A stretch of DNA of 64,000 nucleotides, from the NCBI GenBank assembly GCA_963724765.1, contig CAVRVY010000004.1, positions 736,001 to 800,000 of the forward strand, read 5' to 3'. Each line of letters opens with the position of its first letter. The first letter of the stretch is position 1. The translations under genes and the position numbers were made by a program. Positions 54,385 through 64,000 of the stretch are shown one piece after another. Under the pieces are notes generated by a model. That model was not told the DNA's origin. It made no database searches and saw only the letters and a list, made by a program, of their open reading frames with translations. This stretch comes from an uncultured delta proteobacterium (GTDB taxonomy: Bacteria; Desulfobacterota; Binatia; Binatales; Binataceae).

Positions 54385-55856
54385 TCAGCGTGAGCGCACC
54401 TGAAGATGCGGCAACTCGGCAACGGTTCGCGGATAGCAAGCGTCCATCTTTGCGATCACGGCCGGTGGCGAGATATCAAACGCGCTCATCACCAGCACGG
54501 GCGCGGCGCCGCATTGACCGTCTGCCGCGGTTACGTCGTTACGCCGGCTTGGCGGCATGTAAAAGCGCACGACGTTGATGCAATAGGGGGGAAACACCGC
54601 GACCTTGCCCCCGCGGGTTCGTTGTGCTGCCAGCAGCGTCGCGTCGCGCCAGGCGGCTTCATCAGAACGCCTCAGCCGGTCGTGCACCGGGGGCACGGAG
54701 AGATGATATGAGCACTATGGCCAGGACAATGCGCAAAGCGGTGGAGCGCACCGACGCGGCTCCGAACGCGGCAAAAGCGAACATCCCGACGAACGATATA
54801 AGCACGTAGCGCGGAAACTCTAGCGGATGGATAAGATATGTCACCGCCATCACCGCCAGAATTGGGCCGGCAATCCACACGGCGAAAAACTCCGCCGCCC
54901 GCCGCGCCGAGCGCCATTGCCGCCAAACCCCGAAGGCGGCGAGCGCCACAAAGATCCAGAACAGCGCTATGGTTACCGGTCGAGTCGTGCAGAGTCGTGT
55001 ATGGCCACGAGATAGGCTGCTTCTTGATCCAATCGATCGCGCCCCACTATCACCGCCGCTCGCCACGAGGAGGCCGCCGCGCGAGGCAGCCAGGGCATGA
55101 GGAGTGCGATTCCTGCCACCACCGCACAGCCGGGACCGAAAACCGCCAACCGTCGAGACTGTGCATCCCAGAGCCGCGCGAGCAGCAGCCAGCCGAGCCA
55201 CAACGCTTCCGCAACCATCAGAAACGTAGAGGTAAAATTGCAGGCGATCATCAAGCCGGTGAAAATCGCGATCCCGACGTAGTTCAGGATACCGCCGCGG
55301 CGCTGGGCGCGAATAAAAAAAGTGATCTGCAAAAGTTCCGCGCACATCACAAGCGGATACATCCTGACCGTGCGGTCCGACAGCACCATCTCGAGATTGG
55401 TGGCGTACAGAAGCGCGGCGAAGGCTCCGGCCAGCTCGCCAACCGGCGAACTGCGGCCCGTCCGGCGTCGTCGGCCAGCGAGCGGCAGATCTCACGCACG
55501 GCGACGAAGACCAGAACTATCGCGATGGTCCCCAACGCGGCCGACATCGCGCGCATCGCGAACAGGCTGTCGCCGAAGATCCCTATCCATCGATGCAGCA
55601 TCGATGTCATAAAGCGCGAGCTTGCCAGGGTCGAGCTGCCGCTCCAGCTTAGCCACCTGCTCCGCGCTGGGCAGCGGAGGCGGCTGCCCAGGACGCTGCC
55701 TCGTCTCCGCTCATGTCGAAGCGTGCCAGGCGATGGAAGCGCAGATGCGCGCCGACGATGAGCGCGATCACCAGCAGAAGGAGCGCGAACAACCGCGTCG
55801 AGCGCCACGCCCAAAGCGCCAGGTCTTTGAAAGTTTGGCCGTTGTAGCACTGTCAT
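54385..55856 (-). pseudogene. GT39/ArnT-like polytopic membrane glycosyltransferase broken by several frameshifts
   Basis: Pieces in alternating frames join into one protein: LRFHRLARFDMSGDEAASW / LHRWIGIFGDS..MRAMSA / RMYPL / FPRYVL / AWRDA..FYMP. Confidence 0.7.
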
Positions 55857-55986
55857 CAGATGACAGTCGGAGCGAAGCGAATAATTGATACCTTGTAACT
55901 GCCTCGGGTCATCCCCCGGCAAGCGCGGGATGCTGCGCCGTCGTGCGCGCGCGGGCGCGGTCTGCTAAGAATTTGATGGGGTATCG

Positions 55987-57108
55987 ATGTCCAACGCCGC
56001 AGCCAGTCTCGCGCGCATCCGCGAGGAACTCAACCACAACTTCCAGGAACGCGCCGAGCTGATCGACGGCGCGCTCTGCGCGCTCCTTTCGGGCAGCCAC
56101 GTGCTCATCATCGGGCCGCCGGGCACGGCCAAGTCGATGCTGTCCGACGAGCTCTGCCGGCGAATCGAGGGCGCCAACTATTTCCAGTGGCTGCTGACCA
56201 AATTCAGCACGCCCGAGGAGATTTTCGGCGCGGTAAGCCTGAGCGGTCTGGAGCACGACGACTACCGGCGCGTGACCTTGCACAAGCTGCCCGAGGCGCA
56301 CATCGCGTTCCTCGACGAGATCTTCAAATCCAACTCGTCGATCCTCAACGCGCTCCTGACCATCATCAACGAGCGTCTGTTCCATAACGGGCGCGAGCGC
56401 GTGCGCGTCCCGCTGATCACGATGTTCGGGGCCTCCAATGAGCTGCCCGACGAGGAAGAGCTGACCGCGCTCTACGACCGTTTCATGCTGCGCTTCACCG
56501 TCGACTACATCGCCGAGGAATTCCGTTTCCTCAAGATGCTCGAGGGGACGCGTTCCACCGCGCGCACCACGCTCAGCTTCGCCGAGCTCGACGAGTTGCG
56601 CGCGCTGACTCAGTCGGTCGAAATGCCGGGCAGCGTGCTCACCGCCATCGCCGAGTTGCGCCGCGAGCTCGGACGCCAGCAGATCGTGGTTTCCGACCGA
56701 CGCTGGCGCAACTCGCTCGACGTGCTGCGCGCACACGCCCTCCTGTCCGGCCGCGCGATCGTCACCGAGGACGACCTCGGCTTTCTCGAACACGTACTGT
56801 GGAAGGACCCCGAGGAGCATCCCAAGGTCCGCGACGCGATCCATCGGCTGGTCAAAGGCTACGAGGAACAGGCGCGCGAGTTCCTGATCCAGAGCCAGGA
56901 GCTGCGCGAGTACGCCGAGCGCGCATGGGAGAGCGACGAGTTGCGCAGCCGCGCACTGGTCGAGGCTCACACCAAGATCGCCAACATCCTGGTCCGCTTC
57001 GACCACCTCGTGCGCGAGGCCGCCGAGAGCGGACGCACCGTGCGAGGCGTCGAGAAGATGCGCTCGCAGGTCAAGGAAATCCAGCAGTCGATGCTGCGCC
57101 GGATCTAG
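55987..57108 (+). CDS. MoxR-family AAA+ ATPase, RavA-like
   Basis: Walker A GPPGTAKS, LLTKFSTPEEIFG, Walker B FLDEIFK, GASNELP, ALYDRF and SDRRW. Confidence 0.9.
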   Translation: MSNAAASLARIREELNHNFQERAELIDGALCALLSGSHVLIIGPPGTAKSMLSDELCRRIEGANYFQWLLTKFSTPEEIFGAVSLSGLEHDDYRRVTLHKLPEAHIAFLDEIFKSNSSILNALLTIINERLFHNGRERVRVPLITMFGASNELPDEEELTALYDRFMLRFTVDYIAEEFRFLKMLEGTRSTARTTLSFAELDELRALTQSVEMPGSVLTAIAELRRELGRQQIVVSDRRWRNSLDVLRAHALLSGRAIVTEDDLGFLEHVLWKDPEEHPKVRDAIHRLVKGYEEQAREFLIQSQELREYAERAWESDELRSRALVEAHTKIANILVRFDHLVREAAESGRTVRGVEKMRSQVKEIQQSMLRRI

Positions 57109-57135
57109 CCCGCAGCCCGCGAAGACTTGCCGCCG

Positions 57136-57906
57136 ATGCCAGCCGAGGAAGCCACGCCCGCGATCGTGCTCCGTACCCGCGACTACATGGACTCCGATCG
57201 CATCGTGACCCTGCTCACCGAGCAGGCGGGCAAGCTCGGCGGTATCGCCAAGGGCGCCAAGGCCTCGCGCCGGCGCTTCGAGCATCGGCTCGAACCGTTC
57301 TCGCACGTGATGCTGTATTTTCGCCGCCGCCCGCACGGCCAGCTCGTCTTCATCACGCGCGCCGAAGCGGCCGGCTTGCAGCCATTCCGCCTGGAGGACG
57401 ACCTCGGCCGCCTCGCGCTCGGCGCGTACATGCTGGAACTGGCCGAAGCGCTGACCTCCGAAGATGCGGAGGCGTTCGGCGCGTACCATCTGCTGGCCGA
57501 GGCGCTCGCCGCACTCGCCGTGGGCGAGGCCACCACGGCGCTGCGTCAGGCCTACGAACTCAGGATGTTCAGATGGGCTGGGTTCGGGATGCAGTTCGAC
57601 CGCTGCCGCGTTTGCGCCGAGAGCCAGGCCGGCTCGGCCGCGGTCTATTTCATTATCGGGCGCGGCGGGATCGTTTGCGCGCGATGCCGCGAGCGCACGC
57701 CCGAGGGCGGCATCCGGCTTGGCGCGGCCAGCGCGGCGGCGCTAGTCGAATTGGGAGGGATATCGTTGGCGGCCGCGTCGGCGGCGACGGCGGCGGGCGC
57801 CGACGGCGCGCTCGCGATCACGCGATTCATCGCGTCAGTGGTCGATCGCAAGCTCAGATCGGTTGAGTTCCTGGACTCCGTGATTGCGCCCGCGCCGCGC
57901 GCGTAA
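57136..57906 (+). CDS. recO: DNA repair protein RecO
   Basis: AIVLR..DRIVTLLT..GK..IAKGA..SRRRF..LEPF and zinc motif CRVC...CARC. Confidence 0.92.
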   Translation: MPAEEATPAIVLRTRDYMDSDRIVTLLTEQAGKLGGIAKGAKASRRRFEHRLEPFSHVMLYFRRRPHGQLVFITRAEAAGLQPFRLEDDLGRLALGAYMLELAEALTSEDAEAFGAYHLLAEALAALAVGEATTALRQAYELRMFRWAGFGMQFDRCRVCAESQAGSAAVYFIIGRGGIVCARCRERTPEGGIRLGAASAAALVELGGISLAAASAATAAGADGALAITRFIASVVDRKLRSVEFLDSVIAPAPRA

Positions 57907-57964
57907 CCGCAACATCGATGCAGGACGCATTCCCCTTCTCTCGTTGCACAGCGAGGTGCGACCG

Positions 57965-58948
57965 ATGAAAGCAATCCAATTCGACCGGCTCGGCGGCGCG
58001 GAAGTAATGGAGCTGCGCGAGGTGCCGAAGCCCGAGCTTCAGCCCGGAACAATCGTGGTCAAAAACCGCGTGATCGCCGTCAATTTTGGCGACATACTTT
58101 TTCTCCGCGGCGAGTACCTGGTCAAACCGATGTTCCCGGACACTCCCGGCATGGAGGCGGCCGGCGTGGTCGAAGCTGTCGCGCCCGACGTGAAAGACAT
58201 CACACCCGGCGCGCGCGTCGCGTACATCGGGATGGGCGCGTATGCCGAATACATGCGAATTCGCCGCTCACGCGCGATTTCGCTGCCCGACTTCATGGAC
58301 TTTGAGCAGGGCGCGGCGTTTCCCATCGCCGTGCTCACCGCCTGGCACCTGCTCCATAGCTGCCATCAGATAACTGCGAGACAAACCGGGGCGGAACAAA
58401 CCGTGATCGTCCATTCAGCGGCGGGTGGAGTCGGTATCGCGGCGGTCCAAATCGCTAAAGCCGCGGGAGCGCGGGTCATCGGCACCGTCTCGAGCGACGA
58501 CAAAATCGACTTAGTGCGAAAATTCGGCGCCGACGAGGTGATCAACTACGCAACTCATGACTTCGCGGCGGAGGCGATGCGGCTAACCGGCGGGCGCGGC
58601 GTCGATCTGATCCTCGACGCGGTCGGCAAACCCACGCTAACCAAGGGACTTGGATGTCTTGCGCCATTCGGGCACCTGGTGCTTTACGGCCGCGCCGGAA
58701 GAATACCCGGTCCGTTGAATCCGATGATTCTATTCGGCAAGGCGCTCAAGATAAGCGGATTCGCGGTGCCGATGGTGTATGCGATGCACGAGATCCATCG
58801 CCGCGGCCTGGACGACGTATATCGGCTCGCGCGTGAAGGCAAGCTGACGGTACCGATCGGCAAAAGATTTGCGCTCGCCGACGCGGTCGAGGCGATTCGC
58901 TACCTCCAATCGCGTCAGCCGACGGGAAAATTGTTGCTGCTTCCCTGA
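57965..58948 (+). CDS. NADPH:quinone reductase (MDR/Qor family)
   Basis: VNFxD, PGMEAAG, HSAAGGVG, GRGVDLILD and GKLLL; GAGGTG RBS. Confidence 0.9.
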   Translation: MKAIQFDRLGGAEVMELREVPKPELQPGTIVVKNRVIAVNFGDILFLRGEYLVKPMFPDTPGMEAAGVVEAVAPDVKDITPGARVAYIGMGAYAEYMRIRRSRAISLPDFMDFEQGAAFPIAVLTAWHLLHSCHQITARQTGAEQTVIVHSAAGGVGIAAVQIAKAAGARVIGTVSSDDKIDLVRKFGADEVINYATHDFAAEAMRLTGGRGVDLILDAVGKPTLTKGLGCLAPFGHLVLYGRAGRIPGPLNPMILFGKALKISGFAVPMVYAMHEIHRRGLDDVYRLAREGKLTVPIGKRFALADAVEAIRYLQSRQPTGKLLLLP

Positions 58949-58991
58949 AGTGGCGGCGCGGCCGCGGCCGCACACGCCGGGGTATGCCGCT

Positions 58992-59498
58992 TCAGTCGGC
59001 GACCATCCTGATACGCCGGATGCCGCAGTGCGGCTCGATCCCCATGCGCTGATAGTAACGCTGATGGTATTCCTCGGCGCGATAGAATATCGCGGCTGGA
59101 ACAATCTGGGTGACGATGGGTCTGCCCAGCACGCCCGATTCGTCGAGACGCTTCAGTGAGGTTTCCGCCGCCGCCTTCTGTCTGAAGTCGTGGTAGAAGA
59201 TCACCGAGCGATATTGAGTGCCGACATCGGGTCCCTGCCGATTCACCGTGGTCGGGTCGTGAATCTCCCAGAACAGCTGCAGGAGTTGTTCGTACGAGAC
59301 TCGCGCGGGATCGTATTCCACCTGGACCACTTCGGCGTGTCCGGTCCGGTCAGAGCAGACCTGGCGATAGGTCGGATGCTTAACCGAGCCGCCCATGTAT
59401 CCCGAGGTCGCGGCAGTAACGCCATCGAGCTCGCGGAACGCCGCCTCGACGCCCCAGAAGCATCCGCCGCCAAAAGTGGCTATTCGTTTTCGCGCCAT
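58992..59498 (-). CDS. msrA: peptide-methionine (S)-S-oxide reductase
   Basis: [29 protein letters not shown] and AEEYHQ. Confidence 0.96.
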   Translation of the reverse strand: MARKRIATFGGGCFWGVEAAFRELDGVTAATSGYMGGSVKHPTYRQVCSDRTGHAEVVQVEYDPARVSYEQLLQLFWEIHDPTTVNRQGPDVGTQYRSVIFYHDFRQKAAAETSLKRLDESGVLGRPIVTQIVPAAIFYRAEEYHQRYYQRMGIEPHCGIRRIRMVAD

Positions 59499-59769
59499 CG
59501 TCCGCTGAATATCTTATCGCCGGCCACGATGTTAAAAGAGCAGCCCCCCTTTTGGAGAGCGCCCCTTCCGAATTGTACGGCCTATTGCCCTCTACAACTT
59601 TACATAGACGCTCGCGATCAGCGTGTAAAGCTCAGACGCATATTCGCCGGGTTCGCGGTCGCCCGCTTCGCCGAGCTTGCTGAATGTCCAGGACCGTTAC
59701 CTCCCGCACCCACCGGGCATGACGCTTCTCGCCGGAAACCACGATCCGAAATGGCCACGAATGGCACGT

Positions 59770-59976
59770 TTAGTCTTTCTGGATCATCACCTCGGTCGCT
59801 TTGATCACGGCCGTCACCTTGTCGCCTTTCTTCAGCTTCAATTCTTCGGCGCTGTGCTTGGTGATCACCGCCTCGACCACGTGATCGCCCACTTTCACAG
59901 TAATCAGAGCGGTAACAGTTCCTAACAATACGTCGGTGACTTCGCCTTTGAGATGGTTGCGCGCACTGAGCGCCAT
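59770..59976 (-). CDS. single TOBE-domain molybdate/tungstate-binding protein (molbindin, Mop-like)
   Basis: SARN.LKG...AVIT..S...L.LKKGD...A.IKAT; GAGGAG RBS. Confidence 0.9.
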   Translation of the reverse strand: MALSARNHLKGEVTDVLLGTVTALITVKVGDHVVEAVITKHSAEELKLKKGDKVTAVIKATEVMIQKD

Positions 59977-60057
59977 GGGTTGTTGCTCCTCCCTCATCCC
60001 GCTTGCCAGGCGCAACGGGGAGTTACTGAGAATGCATCTATCTTAGAGTAGCGAACT

Positions 60058-61044
60058 CTAGCCATTAATCAGACGCATGGTCGTTGCCGGGTAGCGATCG
60101 CCGACCGCGGTTCCGCGAGGCGCAGCCTGTTCGATCTTCCGCAGGTTCTCCGCGCTCAGGCTAACGTTGAGCGCATCGACGTTCTGCTCGAGATATGAAA
60201 TGCGCTTGGTGCCGGGAATCGCAACGATGTTTGCGCTTTGGGCAAGCACCCAGGCGAGCGCAAGTTGTCCCGGAGTACAACCCTTGTCAGCCGCTATCTC
60301 TTTGATTCGTTCGACCAGAACGAGGTTCTTGCGAAAGTTGTCACCTTGAAAGCGCGGCGAAAGGCGCCGGAAATCATCAGGCGCGAGATCCTCAAAGCGC
60401 CGAATCTGGCCGGTCAGAAAACCGCGCCCCAGCGGACTGTAGGCCACGAAGCCCACCCCCAGTTCCTCGCAGAGCGCAAGGAGTTGATCCTCAGGCTCGC
60501 GGCTCCAAAGTGAGTATTCCGTCTGCAACGCAGCTATCGGATGAATCTTGCACGCTCGGCGCAGAGTCTCGGGTGCGGCCTCCGAGAGACCGAGATACCG
60601 CACCTTTCCTTCCTCGACCAGCCGGGCCATCGCACCGACGGTCTCCTCAATCGGCGTGTCGGGGTCGACACGATGCTGATAGTAGAGGTCGATTCTATCG
60701 ACCCCCAGCCGCTGGAGGCTCGCCTCACAGGCTTTTCGCACATACTCGGGCTTGCCGCTGATGCTGCGGGTGGCCGGATCGGATCCACGGACAATGCCGA
60801 ATTTCGTCGCGAGCACGACCGCGCCGCGACGACTCCGAATCGCACGTCCAACCAACTCCTCGTTGGTATACGGACCATAGGCGTCGGAGGTATCAAAAAA
60901 ATTAATCCCCAGATCGAGTGCGCGATGAATGGTCGCGATCGATTCCGCGTCATCCCGAGGGCCATAAAATTCGGACATGCCCATGCAGCCAAGTCCGATT
61001 ATCGATACGCGAAGTTCGCTTCGCCCCAGTCTTCTGACGTCCAT
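60058..61044 (-). CDS. aldo/keto reductase
   Basis: [38 protein letters not shown] and IPGTK. Confidence 0.94.
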   Translation of the reverse strand: MDVRRLGRSELRVSIIGLGCMGMSEFYGPRDDAESIATIHRALDLGINFFDTSDAYGPYTNEELVGRAIRSRRGAVVLATKFGIVRGSDPATRSISGKPEYVRKACEASLQRLGVDRIDLYYQHRVDPDTPIEETVGAMARLVEEGKVRYLGLSEAAPETLRRACKIHPIAALQTEYSLWSREPEDQLLALCEELGVGFVAYSPLGRGFLTGQIRRFEDLAPDDFRRLSPRFQGDNFRKNLVLVERIKEIAADKGCTPGQLALAWVLAQSANIVAIPGTKRISYLEQNVDALNVSLSAENLRKIEQAAPRGTAVGDRYPATTMRLING

Positions 61045-61205
61045 ATGGATGCCTATAACCTAATTCGACCGCCCCTCCCGGGGTGCGTATCGGCTAGCTA
61101 CTTCGAAATGCGGTTTAAGTGACGCGGAAATGCAGTTTCAGTTACGCGACTCGGGGGCACCGGAGGTGTACAGTGGCGTTCCGGTTTCGTCTCGAGGCCA
61201 TTTAT

Positions 61206-61259
61206 TCCCGAGCCAGATGGAAGAGCGCCCTGTTGCGGGCGCCCTTCCTGGCCCGGGAA
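61206..61259 (-). terminator. hairpin directly after the ALDH stop
   Basis: ttcccg..ggaagagcgccc-tgttgc-gggcgcccttcc..cgggaa imperfect stem. Confidence 0.45.
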
Positions 61260-61263
61260 ATCC

Positions 61264-62769
61264 TTACAGCTTAATGTAGACGGTCTTGATCTGCGTATAA
61301 AGCTCGATCGCGTACTTGCCCAGTTCGCGGCCGAAACCCGACTGCTTGTAACCGCCGAACGGCGAGATCGGATCGATCATGCCGTAGCAGTTGACCCATA
61401 CCGTGCCGGCCTTGAGCGCGCGCGCGACCTTGTGCGCGCGGCCGACGTCACTGGTCCACACCGCGGCGGCCAGCCCGTAGTCGGTATCGTTGCCCTGAAG
61501 AACCGCGTCGTTCTCATCCTTGAATGGAATGGTCGCGGCGACCGGGCCGAAGATCTCCTCGCGCGCGATCCGCATGTTGTTGTTCACGTCCGCAAACACG
61601 GTCGGCTTGACGAAGTAGCCCTTGCCAGTGGCCGCCTCACCGCCGACCGTTACTCGGGCCCCTTCCTTCTTGCCCAGTTCGAGATAGCCCTTGACCTTGT
61701 CGAACTGCTCTTTGGAGACCAGCGGGCCCATCATGGTCTTGGGATCGAGCCCGTCGCCCATCGTCATGCCGGCGCTGAACTTGGTGAGCGAATCGTTGAA
61801 TTTCTCGTAAACTTCCTTCTGCACGAAAATCCGCGTGCCGGCGCAGCAGACCTGCCCCGAGTTGAAAAACACGCCCATCATCGAGTTCGGGACCGCCTGC
61901 TCCATGTCGGCGTCGGGGAAGATGATGTTGGGTGACTTTCCACCGAGCTCCAGCGACACGCGCTTGAGATTGCCCGCCGACGCCTTAAGAATGATTTTGC
62001 CCACCTCGGCCGAGCCGGTGAAGGCGACCTTGTCGATGTCGGGATGCTCCGAGATCGAGCTGCCGGCGCCGGGGCCGAAGCCGGTGACGATGTTGACCAC
62101 GCCCTCTGGCAGACCGGCTTCGAGAATCAATTCGCCCAGCCTGAGCGCCGTGAGCGGCGTCTGCTCGGCCGGCTTCAGAATCACGGTATTACCGCAGGCG
62201 AGCGCCGGCCCGAGCTTCCACGACGCCATCAGCAGCGGAAAATTCCACGGAATTATCTGTCCACACACACCGACCGGTTCGCGCAGCGTGTAATTGAACA
62301 TCGTGGGGTCGGACGGATTGGTCTCGCCGTAAATCTTGCTGCACCATCCCCCGTAATAGCGGAAGGTTTCGGCCGCGCCGGCGACGTCGATCGCGCGCGC
62401 CTGGGTCTTCGCCTTGCCATTGTCGAGCGTCTCGAGCTCGGCCAGCTCATCCGCGTGCTGCTCGATAAGGTCGGCAATCTTGAACAGGTAGCCGGAGCGC
62501 TGATGCGGCCCCATCTTCGACCAACCGCCCTCTTCGAACGCCTTGCGCGCCGCCTTGACGGCCTCGTCGACATCGGCCTTGTCGCCCTCGGCAATCAACG
62601 CGAGGACATCCTCGGTGGCCGGGTTGAGCGTCTCGAAGGTCTTGCCGGATTTCGCCGCGACCCATTTGCCGCCGATGAGTAACTTCTTGGGCGAGGCCTT
62701 GAGGAAATTCAATGCGGCGCTGGACCGCACGCCGTTACCCGCCCTCTCTACCGGTGTTGTTGCTGCCAT
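61264..62769 (-). CDS. NAD(P)+-dependent aldehyde dehydrogenase
   Basis: IIPWNFP, KPAEQTP, FTGS, LELGGKSP, catalytic GQVCCAG, EEIFGPV and PFGGYKQSG; AAGGAG RBS. Confidence 0.96.
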   Translation of the reverse strand: MAATTPVERAGNGVRSSAALNFLKASPKKLLIGGKWVAAKSGKTFETLNPATEDVLALIAEGDKADVDEAVKAARKAFEEGGWSKMGPHQRSGYLFKIADLIEQHADELAELETLDNGKAKTQARAIDVAGAAETFRYYGGWCSKIYGETNPSDPTMFNYTLREPVGVCGQIIPWNFPLLMASWKLGPALACGNTVILKPAEQTPLTALRLGELILEAGLPEGVVNIVTGFGPGAGSSISEHPDIDKVAFTGSAEVGKIILKASAGNLKRVSLELGGKSPNIIFPDADMEQAVPNSMMGVFFNSGQVCCAGTRIFVQKEVYEKFNDSLTKFSAGMTMGDGLDPKTMMGPLVSKEQFDKVKGYLELGKKEGARVTVGGEAATGKGYFVKPTVFADVNNNMRIAREEIFGPVAATIPFKDENDAVLQGNDTDYGLAAAVWTSDVGRAHKVARALKAGTVWVNCYGMIDPISPFGGYKQSGFGRELGKYAIELYTQIKTVYIKL

Positions 62770-62824
62770 TTAGTTCAGCTCCTTTCCGTTCGATGGCTTG
62801 GCGCCATGGTTGCGAATGCCACTG

Positions 62825-63994
62825 CTACGAATTGAGGCGCGCGATGACCTGCCCCATTCGTGCGGTATCGTACGCACAAAGCTGGCTTACTTCACTAGCG
62901 AAGATGCCGGAGTTTAGCGCGTCGAGCATCGCACGCACCGGGGGCGAGTCGGTCTCGCGTTGCAGGATAACCAAATCATAGCGCTCTTCGCGCACAGGAA
63001 CAAAGCCCAATCCCCAGGCCTCCGCCGCAACTCGCAGCGTCAATCCCGCCTCGGCTTCGCCCGCCGCTATCGCGGCGGCGACTTCGAGGTGGCCGCTCAG
63101 CTCCCGCGTATACCCGACAATCCGCCGCGGCACTATTTTGAGTTCCGCCAGAGCCTGGTCGAGCACCAGCCGCGCGCCCGAGCCCGCTTCGCGGTTGACG
63201 ATCCGCATGCCGGGCCGCGCTAGGTCGGCGATGCTTCGCAGGTCAAGCGGATTGCCGCGGCGCACCCCGAGTCCCAGCTCCCAGCGTGCGAAATTCACCA
63301 TCACGCCGCGCCGGCGCTTGAGCGTCTCGCGCACCGCCGCCAGATTGTACTCGCCGCCCTTGCGGTCGCACAAATGCACCCCGGCCGCATGGACCCGGCC
63401 TTCGAGCAGCGCGGCGAGCGCCGCCCGGCTGCTGCGTGTAAGCGGCGCGAGCGTCGTGGCCGGACGATGGCGTCCCATCCAATCGGCAAGAATGCTTACC
63501 GCCGGATCGCATCCCGCAATCAGAAGTGTCGCGTCGATCTCCTGCTGGGTGCGAAACGCCGCCACGCGCGCATGTCTGCCGGCCACGTGCTCGAGCACGC
63601 CCGCCGCGGCCGCAAGGCGCATCGCCGGCGGCGGCTGCGCGAGCGCGACTAGCCGCCCCCCGACGCGCCCCAGCGCGACCGCAGGGCGCGCCGGCGGCGT
63701 CGGCGCGCCGTGCGGCGCGTTGCGTGCCGCGCTGGCGGAGGCGACCGGCGACGCGCCCAAAGGCGCGTCGCCGGTCGCCTCCGCCCAGTCGGCCTCGAGC
63801 AGCGCCGGCTCGCCGGCGCTGCCGAACAGCGCCTCGACGCTGTGGCCGAGCTCGCGCGCCAGCGCGAGCGCGACAGCGACGCCGGGCTGGTAGACGCCGG
63901 ACTCGATCGCGCTGAGCGCCTGGCGCGAGAGCCCGGCGCGCCGTGCCAGTTCGTCCTGGGTCAGGCCGCGCGCGGTACGGGCGCGGCGTACCAT
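62825..63994 (-). CDS. XRE helix-turn-helix plus periplasmic-binding-protein-like (molybdate-binding type) regulator; may extend past the window edge
   Basis: GLTQDELARRAGLSRQALSAIE..YQPGV; C-terminal AGCDP, AGVHL, VNREAGSGAR, H..VA and ERYDL. Confidence 0.85.
   Translation of the reverse strand: MVRRARTARGLTQDELARRAGLSRQALSAIESGVYQPGVAVALALARELGHSVEALFGSAGEPALLEADWAEATGDAPLGASPVASASAARNAPHGAPTPPARPAVALGRVGGRLVALAQPPPAMRLAAAAGVLEHVAGRHARVAAFRTQQEIDATLLIAGCDPAVSILADWMGRHRPATTLAPLTRSSRAALAALLEGRVHAAGVHLCDRKGGEYNLAAVRETLKRRRGVMVNFARWELGLGVRRGNPLDLRSIADLARPGMRIVNREAGSGARLVLDQALAELKIVPRRIVGYTRELSGHLEVAAAIAAGEAEAGLTLRVAAEAWGLGFVPVREERYDLVILQRETDSPPVRAMLDALNSGIFASEVSQLCAYDTARMGQVIARLNS
63734..63785. 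repeat. perfect 24-bp inverted repeat inside the XRE-PBP regulator gene
   Basis: ggcggaggcgaccggcgacgcgcc-CAAA-ggcgcgtcgccggtcgcctccgcc. Confidence 0.85.
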
Positions 63995-64000
63995 CTCTCC

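Noticed and set aside
58381-58403. ACAAACCG repeated at 15-bp period in the quinone reductase gene
   Set aside because: Possibly a small in-frame duplication, but too short to support without ortholog alignment.
61050-61200. Moco or cobalamin riboswitch between ALDH and AKR
   Set aside because: Only a short hairpin and a GCCACTGT word match; the rest of either consensus is missing.

Overview
A high-GC bacterial chromosomal window; the gene content suggests a soil organism such as Candidatus Binatota, which is inference only. It has two parts. (1) 1-~25.3 kb is an accessory-looking osmotic/general-stress and glucan region with visibly more A/T. It carries a GDE-family glucosidase, an M23 peptidase, an FAD oxidoreductase, DUF992, two paralogous secreted proteins of unknown function, a KimA-like APC transporter, cls (frameshifted), a CHASE3 hybrid kinase, a co-oriented TraR/DksA-cyclic beta-1,2-glucan synthase (2880 aa)-ppk2 (frameshifted)-pgm run, and several gene remnants. 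(2) ~25.4-64 kb is mostly core and metabolic: an alpha/beta hydrolase plus two luciferase-like monooxygenase paralogs, pcm-LysM/M23-apt-CDF, a 1.4-kb beta-barrel islet flanked by direct repeats, alr-purH-purD-tsaC-DUF1015-His phosphatase, TPP riboswitch-thiS-thiG-thiE, an AidB-like ACAD, a POTRA-less Omp85 protein, a ThDP lyase, tldD/tldE, a class III CoA transferase, a broken GT39/ArnT-like gene, a RavA-like ATPase, recO, qor, msrA, a TOBE protein, AKR, ALDH and an XRE-PBP regulator. I saw no tRNA, rRNA, CRISPR array, transposase or integrase. The least explained signals are three unrelated perfect 22-24 bp hairpins (two in frame inside genes), repeat-built leaders one base out of frame with pcm and purD, and the islet inserted at the CDF stop codon.
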